Assembly: GCA_034521595.1 (NCBI GenBank)
Contig: JAXHMG010000003.1
Coordinates: forward strand, 1,120,001-1,184,000
Reading direction: 5' to 3'
Source: Gemmatimonadota bacterium
GTDB taxonomy: Bacteria; Gemmatimonadota; Gemmatimonadetes; Longimicrobiales; Gaopeijiaceae
DNA length: 64,000 nucleotides
Under the pieces are notes generated by a model that did no database searches, had not been told where the DNA came from, and worked only from the letters and a program-made list of their open reading frames with translations. Of this stretch, positions 17,999-27,251 are shown in pieces. Within the stretch, counting starts at the first letter, position 1, and each line of letters opens with the position of its first letter. The position numbers were made by a program, and so were the translations under genes.

Positions 17999-18303
17999 CC
18001 ACCGTTCTCTCGGGCATCCTCCTCCTGGGGGCCGCTTTCTTTTTTCTGGCCGGAACGGTGGGACTGCTGCGCTTCCCGGACTTCTACTGTCGGTTACACG
18101 CCCTCACAAAGGCCGATAATCTGGGAATGGGGATGCTCGTCGTCGGGTTGATGCTCCAGACGCCGGGGTGGGCAGCTCGTTCCCAGCTTCTTCTCGTCTG
18201 GTTCCTGGTTCTCGTCACGGCCGCCACGGTGTGCCATCTACTGGCGAGATCGGCCCTCCACGGAGGGGTCGAGCCCTTGAAGGGAAGGCGGAGAAGTCGT
18301 TGA
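17995..18303 (+). CDS. mrpG: Mrp/Mnh antiporter subunit G
   Basis: GLLRFPDFYCRLHALTKADNLG; GTGA overlap. Confidence 0.9.
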   Translation: MTTVLSGILLLGAAFFFLAGTVGLLRFPDFYCRLHALTKADNLGMGMLVVGLMLQTPGWAARSQLLLVWFLVLVTAATVCHLLARSALHGGVEPLKGRRRSR

Positions 18304-19364
18304 CCGGGCTCACGTGGGCTCTGGACGGCGGGTTTGCGCTTCTCCTCGTAGTGTTGGTCACCAGGGCCATGCTGACCAGAGATCTTTTCGAGGCCGTGGT
18401 GCTGTTCATCGCGTTCGGCTTGACCCTCTCCCTCGCCTGGGTGCGACTCGGAGCACCGGACGTGGCTCTTGCCGAAGCGGCGCTGGGGGCTGGTGTCACG
18501 GGCGCCTTGTTCTTGAACGCCTTTCAGCGGCTGGCCCGAGCCTCGGCCGACTCCGACTTGCCACACGCCTACCTGATCGACGACGAACCCGGTGTGCGAT
18601 CCCTACGCCTCCGTGCGATCTCCGTGGGCACGGCTGCGTTCCTGGCCGCTGCCTTCGTCGGAGTCCTGGTCGGGATCCCCGCCAGGGAAGCGGTCCTCGC
18701 CGAAGCGGTGAACACGTCCCTCCCACGCACCGGCCTCTCGAACCCCGTCACCGCGGTGCTTTTGAGCTTCCGAGCGTATGACACCCTGTTCGAGGTCGCC
18801 GTGCTGGTCCTCGCGACCGTGACGGTATGGTCACTCGATCGGGAGCATACGCCGTTCCACCAGACGCCGGGGCCACGCGGAGACCCCGTGCTGGAAGGAC
18901 TCACGAGCCTGGTCGTACCGGTCGCGGGCGTCACCGCCGTGTACCTCGTGTGGGCCGGGACGCATGCTGCCGGGGGCGCGTTCCAGGGCGGGGCGCTTCT
19001 CGCCGGGATCGGGGTCCTCCTGGCCGCGAGTGGCGTGATAAGGCCCGGCGCGTTCGGAGCCCCGGTCATACGGGTGCTCGGCCTCATGGGGCTCGCCCTC
19101 TTCATCGGCGTCGGCGTGGTGTTCATGCCCTGGACCGGCTCGTTGCTGACCTACCCCGAAGGGTGGGACTACGCGATCACTCTCGCGGTCGAGGGAACGC
19201 TTGCACTGTCCGTCGCCGTGATCCTCGTAGAGCTCTTCCTGGACGTCCCGGCAGCTCCCGAGGCGGATCCACGTTTCGACCGCGTGGATCCGACGGGGGA
19301 TCCTCTCGGACGAAAGCTCCGCTGGGACTCTTCGCGGACCCGACGCCCCGGAGAGGACGGATGA
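18300..19364 (+). CDS. mrpB: DUF4040-MrpB fusion subunit
   Basis: APDVALAEAALG, NPVTAVLLSFRAYDTLFE, GGAFQGG; TTGA overlap. Confidence 0.88.
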   Translation: MTGLTWALDGGFALLLVVLVTRAMLTRDLFEAVVLFIAFGLTLSLAWVRLGAPDVALAEAALGAGVTGALFLNAFQRLARASADSDLPHAYLIDDEPGVRSLRLRAISVGTAAFLAAAFVGVLVGIPAREAVLAEAVNTSLPRTGLSNPVTAVLLSFRAYDTLFEVAVLVLATVTVWSLDREHTPFHQTPGPRGDPVLEGLTSLVVPVAGVTAVYLVWAGTHAAGGAFQGGALLAGIGVLLAASGVIRPGAFGAPVIRVLGLMGLALFIGVGVVFMPWTGSLLTYPEGWDYAITLAVEGTLALSVAVILVELFLDVPAAPEADPRFDRVDPTGDPLGRKLRWDSSRTRRPGEDG

Positions 19365-19732
19365 CGCACGAGCTCCCCTATCTCGCAGCAGGCGCGGCCG
19401 TCTTCATGGCCGGCCTGGTCGGCACGCTGGGACGAAGTCATCTGTTCTGGAAGGTGCTCGGCATCAACTTCATGGGAAGTGGGATCTTCCTGGTCCTGTC
19501 GGCAGCTTCGCCCCGGCTGCCCGGGGAAGGAGCCGATCCGGTCCCCCAAGCCATGATTCTCACCGGGATCGTCGTCACCGCCGCCGTCACGGCGGTAGCG
19601 CTGGGAATGGCTTTGCGAGTCGTCATCCGCACCGGCTATCCCTTTCTGTCGGAAGACATCCCGGCGAGCGACGAGGGGCCCTTGCCGCGCCGGGCTCGTG
19701 CCCAAGATCCTCCGGCGGACGGATCGACGTGA
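19361..19732 (+). CDS. mrpC: Mrp/Mnh antiporter subunit C
   Basis: DPVPQAMILTGIVV; ATGA overlap. Confidence 0.9.
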   Translation: MTHELPYLAAGAAVFMAGLVGTLGRSHLFWKVLGINFMGSGIFLVLSAASPRLPGEGADPVPQAMILTGIVVTAAVTAVALGMALRVVIRTGYPFLSEDIPASDEGPLPRRARAQDPPADGST

Positions 19733-21255
19733 CGGGAGCGGAGCTCTGGACCACCGTCGCGCTCGTGAGCCCGCTCGTCGGCGCGATGTTGAGTCTCGCT
19801 CCGGGCCGCCTGTTCATTCTGGCCGGCCTCGGTCTCGGAGCGGCCGGCTCGCTCGTGGGAACCGTGGGACTCTGGGCAGAGGTCCGGGCGGAAGGCGTCG
19901 TCCGGCACCTGATCGGAGGGTGGGGGCGTCCGCTCGGCATCGAGCTTCAGGCGGATGGACTGTCTATGGTCTTCCTGGCGCTCACGGCCGTGCTCGGCAC
20001 GGCGGTGAGCGTCTACGCGAGCGCCTACTTCCAGGATGTGGCTCCTGGCTGGGTGCGGAACCCGTCAGGAGCGAGAGGAGCCCGCTACTTCGCTCCCTTG
20101 ACGCTCTTCGCCTGGACGGGGCTGAACGGAGTCTTCCTCTCCGGAGACCTTTTCAACCTGTATGTGATGCTCGAGATCGTCGGGCTCTCGGCCGCGGCTC
20201 TCGTGACCCTCGCCGTTACGGCGAAGGCTACCGAGGCCGGGATGCGGTACCTCCTCGTATCGCTCTCGGGCTCGATGCTGTTCCTGCTCGGCGTCACGGT
20301 CCTCTATCTGGAGCACGGCACCCTTTCGCTCGAACAAATCGCGGCGCAAGCTCCCACCGGGGCGCCCGGAGCCACGGCGCTGGCGATCATGACCGTGGGA
20401 CTCGCCGCGAAGACGGCGCTTTTCCCTCTCCACGCATGGCTCCCGCCCGCTCATTCCGCGGCGCCCGCGCCGGCGAGCGCTCTCCTTTCGGCACTCGTCG
20501 TGAAAGGGTCGTTCTACATCATCGTGCGACTCTGGGTGGACGTATACGGTCTGACGGTCCCTGCCTCGACTGCTGAACAGGCTTCCGTGCTCATGGGTCT
20601 TCTCGGGGCCGCTGCCATAATCTGGGGCTCGGTGCTCGCGATCCGTCAACGGAGCTTGAAGCGCCTCATCGCCTATTCCACCGTCGCCCAGCTGGGATAC
20701 CTCTTCGTCATGTTTCCGCTCCTCGTCCCTTACGCCCAGGAGGCGACCGGTGCCGTCCGGGCGGCAAGCGTCGATGCATGGAATGGCGGGATCTATCACG
20801 CGCTCTCCCACGGCCTCGCGAAGGCCGCGATGTTTCTCGCGGCCGGAAACATGACCCATGCCGTCTCCGACGACGCGATCGAATCCATCGCCGGCGTGGC
20901 GCGCCGCCTGCCCATGTCGTTCCTCGCGTTCGGGCTCGCCGGTCTCAGTCTCGCGGGCGTTCCCCCGTCCGGGGGATTCCTGGCCAAGTGGCTCCTCTTG
21001 GACGCTGCGTTCACGAGTGGCCGTTGGGGTTGGGGAATCGTCATCGCTCTGGGCGGGCTCCTGACCCTCGCCTATGTCCTCCTGGTGGCCCGCCGTGCCT
21101 TCGATGCCACGGAAGGCCCGTCGGGCTTTCGTCCCGTGCCGCGACGCATGGAGTGGATGCCGGCCGTGCTGGCCCTCATGGCCGTCCTCCTGGGCGTCCG
21201 CGCCGTGGAAATCCTCGACATGCTGCTGGTCGGAGCGACCGGTCCATGGGGGTGA
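19729..21255 (+). CDS. mrpD: Mrp antiporter-like subunit D (copy 1)
   Basis: GDLFNLYVMLE, KTALFPLHAWLP, AYSTVAQLGY, GFLAKW. Confidence 0.9.
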   Translation: MTGAELWTTVALVSPLVGAMLSLAPGRLFILAGLGLGAAGSLVGTVGLWAEVRAEGVVRHLIGGWGRPLGIELQADGLSMVFLALTAVLGTAVSVYASAYFQDVAPGWVRNPSGARGARYFAPLTLFAWTGLNGVFLSGDLFNLYVMLEIVGLSAAALVTLAVTAKATEAGMRYLLVSLSGSMLFLLGVTVLYLEHGTLSLEQIAAQAPTGAPGATALAIMTVGLAAKTALFPLHAWLPPAHSAAPAPASALLSALVVKGSFYIIVRLWVDVYGLTVPASTAEQASVLMGLLGAAAIIWGSVLAIRQRSLKRLIAYSTVAQLGYLFVMFPLLVPYAQEATGAVRAASVDAWNGGIYHALSHGLAKAAMFLAAGNMTHAVSDDAIESIAGVARRLPMSFLAFGLAGLSLAGVPPSGGFLAKWLLLDAAFTSGRWGWGIVIALGGLLTLAYVLLVARRAFDATEGPSGFRPVPRRMEWMPAVLALMAVLLGVRAVEILDMLLVGATGPWG

Positions 21256-22772
21256 TCGAGGACCTCGCTGGAACGGCCGCCGGATGGTCGGCGCTCCCCT
21301 TGCTGGTGGTGCTGAGCTCGTTCGTTCCCGGCGTGGGCATCATGTTCCTTCGGGAAGATCAGCACCGGGCTCGTACGACGTTGAACCTCGCCGGGGCGCT
21401 CCTGAAGGTCGTGTTCGTGGGCCTGATGCTCTGGGGTGTGGCCCTCGGGGCACGGTACGAATGGAGCTTCCGGGTGCTGCCCGATTTCGAGCTGACCTTG
21501 GTGGGGGATCCCCTCGCGCTTCTCTTCGTCACCCTTTCAGCCGGTCTCTGGCTCGCCACCACCATCTACGCGATCGGTTACCTCGAGGGATCACCGAACC
21601 GAACCCGCTTCTTCTCGTTCTTCAGTCTCTGTGTCACGGCCACGACCGGTCTGGCCATGGCCGGGGACCTGTTCACGTTCGTCCTCTTTTACGAAGCGCT
21701 GACCTGGACGACCTATCCGCTCGTCGTCCACCGCGGCACGCCGGAAGCCATCCGCGCGGGACGGACCTATCTCATCTACACGGCGACGGCCGGTGTCCTG
21801 CTGTTGGTCGGGGCCGTGGGCGTCTACGCGCTCGCCGGATCGGTCGACTTCCAGGCAGGCGGGCTCCTCGACCCCGATGTCGTCGCCGACGCCCCGGGGA
21901 CGCACAGACTCGTGTTCCTGTCGATGCTCGCCGGGGTAGGGGTGAAGATCGCGTTTTTCCCGGTCCACGGATGGCTTCCGGCAGCCATGGTTGCCCCGGC
22001 GCCGGTGACCGCGCTCTTACACGCGGTGGCGGTCGTCAAAGCCGGCGCGTTCGGCCTGCTCCGGCTGCTGCATTCGGTATTCGGCATCGACGTGGCCACA
22101 TCGCTCGGTCTTGCCCAGCTCGTCGCCGGGCTGGCCGCGGTGACGATCATCTATGGCTCCTTGCGCGCATTGTACCAGGACGACCTGAAGCGACGGCTCG
22201 CCTTCAGCACGGTCAGCCAGCTGTCGTACATCGCACTCGGAGCGTCCCTTCTGGCTCCCACGGCCCAGATTGGAGGGATCGTCCACCTCGTGCATCAGGG
22301 GGTCATGAAGATCACGCTCTTCTTTTGCGCAGGACTCCTTGCAGAGGTGCTTCACGTCAAGAAGGTCAGCGAGATGGCCGGAGTGGGCCGGCGTATGCCC
22401 TGGACGATGCTCGCCTTCAGCGTGGCCGCGCTCGGGATGATCGGACTTCCACCGATGGCCGGATTCTCGAGCAAGTGGTACCTGGGTGTGGGGGCGCTCG
22501 AGAGTGGAGCGGGTTGGGCGGTCCCCGTGCTTCTGGCGAGCAGCGTCCTGAACGCGGCGTACTTCCTCCCGATCCTCCATGCCGCATGGTTCCGTGATCG
22601 AGACGTTCGGTGGGACGACGTGGGGCGGGGACGCTGGTTGGAGGCGGACTGGAAGCTGTTGGTGCCGGCCATCTCGACCGCGGCGGTGACTCTGGGCGCG
22701 GGATTGTTCGCGAGCGCGCCCTGGAGTCCGCTCGGCTGGACGACACTCATCGTGGAAGGGGTAGGGCTCTGA
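21252..22772 (+). CDS. Mrp antiporter-like subunit, MrpD/MrpA-core type (copy 2)
   Basis: FVLFYE, PVHGWLP, LHAVAVVKAG, AFSTVSQLSY, GFSSKW; start GTG 21252 or ATG 21246. Confidence 0.88.
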   Translation: MIEDLAGTAAGWSALPLLVVLSSFVPGVGIMFLREDQHRARTTLNLAGALLKVVFVGLMLWGVALGARYEWSFRVLPDFELTLVGDPLALLFVTLSAGLWLATTIYAIGYLEGSPNRTRFFSFFSLCVTATTGLAMAGDLFTFVLFYEALTWTTYPLVVHRGTPEAIRAGRTYLIYTATAGVLLLVGAVGVYALAGSVDFQAGGLLDPDVVADAPGTHRLVFLSMLAGVGVKIAFFPVHGWLPAAMVAPAPVTALLHAVAVVKAGAFGLLRLLHSVFGIDVATSLGLAQLVAGLAAVTIIYGSLRALYQDDLKRRLAFSTVSQLSYIALGASLLAPTAQIGGIVHLVHQGVMKITLFFCAGLLAEVLHVKKVSEMAGVGRRMPWTMLAFSVAALGMIGLPPMAGFSSKWYLGVGALESGAGWAVPVLLASSVLNAAYFLPILHAAWFRDRDVRWDDVGRGRWLEADWKLLVPAISTAAVTLGAGLFASAPWSPLGWTTLIVEGVGL

Positions 22773-22775
22773 AGC

Positions 22776-24608
22776 ATGGGCATTCCCGATCTCCTGCTGT
22801 TCCTGATCCCCGCGTGCCCCGCCGCTCTGGCGGCCCTCTGGATGTTCGAGAGCATCCGGCGCTCCCTCGTGTCGCTCGCCCCGTGGGCGGCGGCGCCGGC
22901 CGTCCTTCTTTCGTTGTTCCCACACCTGGAGGGGACGTCCTGGTCGACGTCCGGCGTCATGGCAGGCCTCCGGTTGGAAGTGGACGAGATGGGCCGAGCC
23001 TTTCTGTTCCTCACCGCTCTCCTCTGGCTGCTCGCCGGAGCGTACGCTCGTAGCTATCACCGGCGGGACCCCCGAAGGGAGCGTTTCTTCGGCTTCTTCG
23101 TGTTGACCATGGCCGGGAACCTGGGTCTGGTCGTCGCGGCCGATGTCCTATCGTTCTACCTGTTTTTCGCGTGGATGACGTTCGCCGCCTACGGTCTGGT
23201 GGTCCATCGCCGTGACGAGGCCGCGTTTCGCGCCGGACGGGTGTACATCGTCCTGGCGGTCGCGGGGGAGGTGGCCGTGTTGGCCTCGCTCTTCCTGCTG
23301 GGATGGGCTTCGGCGGGCGTCCCGCAGTTCGGTGGCGACCTCGAGCATGCCTGGGCACAGCTCGCCGGGTCGGGTCACGCGGGTTGGGTGGCCGGCCTGG
23401 TGCTCGGGGGATTCGGGATCAAGGCCGGCCTCGTGCCGCTGCACCTCTGGCTGCCCCTGGCACATCCGGTCGCTCCCACGGCAGCGAGCGCTCTGCTGAG
23501 CGGGGCGATGATCAAGGCCGGATTACTTGCCTGGATCCGGATTCTCCCGGTCGAAACCTCGCTTTCCGCCGTGGCAACCGGAGTCGTCGTTCTCGGTGCG
23601 TTGAGCACCCTCTACGGGGTGCTCGCTGGACTCGGCCAGGACGACGCCAAGACTGTACTCGCCTACTCGAGCGTGAGTCAGATGGGCTTCATGGCGGTCG
23701 GGGTGGGCCTCGCGCTCGGGACCACTGAGGGCCATGAGCTCGCGCTCCTGGCGGTGGTGATCTACGCGCTACACCACGGGGTGGCGAAGGGGGCGCTGTT
23801 TCTCTCCGTCGGTGTCGCGGAGCGTGTGCCACTGGAACAGCGTGGCGGGATCGTCCGGAGGAAGGGGTGGATCCTGGCGGCTACCGCGCTGCCCGCGCTC
23901 GCGCTCAGTGGCGCTCCGTTCACGACCGGTGCGCTATCCAAGGGAACCTTGAAGGATGCCCTCTACGCGCTCGCTCCGACCCTGAACCCCGTTCTCGGCC
24001 CGGTGCTCATTCTCGCCGGCGTGGGGACGACCGTGTTGATGGCCCGGTTCCTGGTCCTATTGGCCGGCCGCATCCGCGTTCGGGAGAAGCCTGCCCACGG
24101 CGTCGACTCCCCGGCCTCCGCGACCCCCTCGCCATGGAGCTCGGCGGGCCTGATCATCCCCTGGGGAGTTCTCTTGTTCATCGGCCTGAGCGGACCCTGG
24201 TGGCTTGCCCGGATCGTGCCGGGCGCCTCGGAGCTCAGCCTTCCCGCTGCCCTGAGCGACTGGCCGGCCGCTGCGGGGCCGCTACTGACGGGTATCGCGC
24301 TGGCCGGGGTCGTGGGGCGGTGGCCGAGGGTTCTCGGTGGGTTGCGGCGCGTTCGGATTCCGCCCGGTGACCTCCTGGTGCCGGTGGAGGGGATGCTCCG
24401 CGGCATCGGGGCGCTCCCGGTCGCGCGATGGGGCGGTCGTACCGGGACCTGGGTGCGGAAGATCCGCCCATCCCAGGCTCGCCTTCGCTCCTGGATGGCT
24501 CGGATGCTGGATCGGATGCTGGATCGTGACCTTCGCCTCGCTCGGGGCAGGATCGTGACGCACACCCTCCTCGTTCTGGTCCTGGGGCTTCTCAGCCTTC
24601 TCCTGTGA
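22776..24608 (+). CDS. Mrp antiporter-like subunit (copy 3, divergent, C-terminal extension)
   Basis: KAGLVPLHLWLP, SGAMIKAG, AYSSVSQMG, HHGVAKGALF. Confidence 0.85.
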   Translation: MGIPDLLLFLIPACPAALAALWMFESIRRSLVSLAPWAAAPAVLLSLFPHLEGTSWSTSGVMAGLRLEVDEMGRAFLFLTALLWLLAGAYARSYHRRDPRRERFFGFFVLTMAGNLGLVVAADVLSFYLFFAWMTFAAYGLVVHRRDEAAFRAGRVYIVLAVAGEVAVLASLFLLGWASAGVPQFGGDLEHAWAQLAGSGHAGWVAGLVLGGFGIKAGLVPLHLWLPLAHPVAPTAASALLSGAMIKAGLLAWIRILPVETSLSAVATGVVVLGALSTLYGVLAGLGQDDAKTVLAYSSVSQMGFMAVGVGLALGTTEGHELALLAVVIYALHHGVAKGALFLSVGVAERVPLEQRGGIVRRKGWILAATALPALALSGAPFTTGALSKGTLKDALYALAPTLNPVLGPVLILAGVGTTVLMARFLVLLAGRIRVREKPAHGVDSPASATPSPWSSAGLIIPWGVLLFIGLSGPWWLARIVPGASELSLPAALSDWPAAAGPLLTGIALAGVVGRWPRVLGGLRRVRIPPGDLLVPVEGMLRGIGALPVARWGGRTGTWVRKIRPSQARLRSWMARMLDRMLDRDLRLARGRIVTHTLLVLVLGLLSLLL

Positions 24609-24662
24609 CAGCCCGCGGCCGACTCCGTTCCGGCGGATGGCGCGGCCCCGAGCCGCTCGGGA

Positions 24663-26264
24663 TCACGTGGAGCCCTTGAGGCCGGCTGGTGCGACGCTGC
24701 GCTCGACGAAGCCGAGTCCCCCGTCGACGATGAGTGCCATCAACGCGGCGGGCACGGCACCGGCGAGGATCATCCAGGTGTCCGACAGGGCCAGGCCCGC
24801 CACGATCGGATCGCCGAGCCCCCCGGCGCCGATGAACGCCGCCAGAGTTGCTGTACCCACGTTGATCACGGCGGCGGTTCGGACGCCTGCCATGATGACC
24901 GGTGCAGCGAGGGGAAGCCGGACGTAACGCAGGAGCTGCCGCTCGGTCATGCCGAGGGCCCGTGCGGAGGCCACCGCGGCGGCGTCGGCATCCCGCACGC
25001 CGGTAAAGGTGTTGCGTACCATGGGGAACAGAGAATACAAGAACAACGCGGTGACCGCCGGCACCACGCCGATGCCGAGCAACGGAATCATGAAGGCCAG
25101 GAGCGCGATGCTCGGGATGGTCTGCAGCATGCCGACACCCCGGATCGTGGTTTCCGCCCAACCTCGCCATCGCTCGAGCAGGAGGCCCAGCGGGACCGCG
25201 ATCGCGAAGCCCGCCAACATCGAGACTGCGACGAGAAGGAGGTGTCGGCGTGTCTCGGCGACCATCTGTGCCCGTCGTGCCCACATGTACGCGATGAAGG
25301 ACGCGCGTGCGTCCGATGTGCTCTCCTGTCCCACCGCCGGGGCTCCGTCATCGGCCAGTCCGACGGACTCCAGCGCGTCGGAGGCGACACGAGCGACGGG
25401 CTCGCCCTCCACCTCGATGCGGCGGTTGAAGCTCCGCATCATCCCGGCATCCAACTGGCCGGAGAGCTCGACGAGCGCGGCTACCGCGCCGGCATGCTCC
25501 GACGCGAGCTCGGCTCCGACGAGGGCGGCGGCGTCGTAGGGTGGGAAGAATTCCCGGTCGTCCTCGAGAATGACGAATCCGTAGCGGGCGATTCGTCCGT
25601 CGGTCGAATAACCGTCGATGACGTCGACCTCGGCGTTCGCGAGGGCCTCGTACTTCACGGCCTGAAGCAACGGACGCACTTCGCGGAGCTCGATTCCATA
25701 CGCCTCGCGCAGACCCTCGAGCCCGTCCGCCCGACCGATGAAGTCCGGGCTCAGGCCGCCGGTGAGCTCGGGAGCGGCGCGCGCCAGATCGGACAGGGTC
25801 TCCAGATCCAACGAATCGGCTGTCGCGGGACGCACCGACACGGCGTACGTGTTCTCGAATCCAAGGGGCGGGAGCCAACGGATGCCCCACCGGTCCCGAA
25901 ACGCCCGCGCGACCCTTCGGTACGCCTCCGCGCCGGATGAAGGCGGTGTCTCGTCGAGGATGGCGAGAAGCCCGGTGCCCGTATACTCGGGGTAGACGTC
26001 GATCTCCCCTCGCCGCAGAGCCGCGAACGCGATCTCGGTCGCCCCGAGGCCGGGGCGTCGGTCGACCGGGTATCCGCGCGCCTCGAGGAGCTGGGCGAAC
26101 ATCTCGCCGAGCAGGTAGGATTCGGCGAACGGCTTGGTGGCCACGACGATCGGCCGCCGGGCTTCGCTGTCGGTCGGAGACTGCTGGGCCGAGGCCGGAA
26201 GGACGGTCGCGGCCGCGGCGACTCCCCACCAGAGCACGTGCCGGATCGGGGCGGGACGCTTCAT
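24663..26264 (-). CDS. Betaine-type (Opu/EgtU-like) ABC importer: fused substrate-binding protein and permease
   Basis: Signal peptide; ATKPFAES, YPEYTGT, GFENTY, YSTDG, FFPPY; permease QTIPSIALL, IGAGGLG. Confidence 0.9.
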   Translation of the reverse strand: MKRPAPIRHVLWWGVAAAATVLPASAQQSPTDSEARRPIVVATKPFAESYLLGEMFAQLLEARGYPVDRRPGLGATEIAFAALRRGEIDVYPEYTGTGLLAILDETPPSSGAEAYRRVARAFRDRWGIRWLPPLGFENTYAVSVRPATADSLDLETLSDLARAAPELTGGLSPDFIGRADGLEGLREAYGIELREVRPLLQAVKYEALANAEVDVIDGYSTDGRIARYGFVILEDDREFFPPYDAAALVGAELASEHAGAVAALVELSGQLDAGMMRSFNRRIEVEGEPVARVASDALESVGLADDGAPAVGQESTSDARASFIAYMWARRAQMVAETRRHLLLVAVSMLAGFAIAVPLGLLLERWRGWAETTIRGVGMLQTIPSIALLAFMIPLLGIGVVPAVTALFLYSLFPMVRNTFTGVRDADAAAVASARALGMTERQLLRYVRLPLAAPVIMAGVRTAAVINVGTATLAAFIGAGGLGDPIVAGLALSDTWMILAGAVPAALMALIVDGGLGFVERSVAPAGLKGST

Positions 26265-27019
26265 GTCAGCCGCGCCCGCTCGAGAAGCTTCGCCACATAC
26301 GGAGTTCGAGCATCCGCCAACAGGACCTCCGGCGTGTCGAACTGCTCGATGCGTCCCGCACGCATGACGGCGATACGGTCCGCGAGGTGGAAGGCTTCGT
26401 GAAGGTCGTGCGTCACCAAGAGCACGGTGACGCCGAGACGTCGCCGGAGCTCCGCGAACATCTCCTGGACGTCCGCCCGAGTGAGCGCGTCCAGGGCGCC
26501 GAACGGTTCGTCCAGGAGGAGCACCTCGGGGGTGGCGGCCAGAGCGCGAGCGAGCGCCGCGCGCTGGCGCTGTCCTCCCGAGAGCTCCCGGGGGTAACGC
26601 GCACCGAACTCCGAGGCGGGAAGCCCGACGAGCTCGAGCTGGCCTCGAGCCAGGTCGTCCGCGTTCGAGCGCCCCTGCAACCAGGGCACGAGGGCGACAT
26701 TGCGGAGGACGCTCCAGTGGGGCAGGAGGCCCCCGTCCTGTTGCACGTAGCCGAGCGCGCGCCGGAGGTGAACCGCATCGCGCTCCCCGACCGGATCTCC
26801 CGCCACCTCGATCGCGCCGGCTTCGGGCTCGACCATCCGGTTGAAACAGCGGAGCAGGGTAGTCTTGCCGGACCCGCTCTCGCCCACCAGGGCAACGGCC
26901 TCACCTTCCGTCACGCTGAGCGAAGCGCCATCGAGGGCCGTCACGGAGCCGAACCGCTTCGTGACCGCGCGTGCTTCGAGCACCACCGTGGCCGGAGGCG
27001 CTTCGTCGGTATCGCTCAT
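26261..27019 (-). CDS. ABC ATP-binding subunit, OpuBA/ProV-like, without CBS domains
   Basis: GESGSGKTT, NRMVEP, LSGGQRQR, LLDEPFGALD, VTHD; ATGA overlap. Confidence 0.92.
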   Translation of the reverse strand: MSDTDEAPPATVVLEARAVTKRFGSVTALDGASLSVTEGEAVALVGESGSGKTTLLRCFNRMVEPEAGAIEVAGDPVGERDAVHLRRALGYVQQDGGLLPHWSVLRNVALVPWLQGRSNADDLARGQLELVGLPASEFGARYPRELSGGQRQRAALARALAATPEVLLLDEPFGALDALTRADVQEMFAELRRRLGVTVLLVTHDLHEAFHLADRIAVMRAGRIEQFDTPEVLLADARTPYVAKLLERARLT

Positions 27020-27086
27020 GCTCGGTCCTTCCGGGAAGCGGAGAGTCGTCGCGGAACCGCGGACGGATCGGCGTCGTGGATGGAGG

Positions 27087-27116
27087 TTGGTCCTTCGGCG
27101 GCGCCCTTTCTAGCTT
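27087..27116 (+). promoter_or_regulatory. Candidate sigma70 promoter for egtD
   Basis: TTGGTC-N18-TAGCTT. Confidence 0.35.
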
Positions 27117-27251
27117 ACTTGCTCGGTCGCCGTCCATCCATCCCGCATACTGCCCCGCATACCGGCTCCATCCACTGACCGAGCTCCCCGTTCAGCCGTG
27201 AGAGCCGCGGCGACGCGCTTTACCCCATTCCGTCTCGATTCAGGTACGCTC

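Noticed and set aside
19729-24608. Hydrogenase-4 membrane arm or second complex I
   Set aside because: No hydrogenase or Fe-S subunits adjacent; mrpE, F, G, B, C are present.
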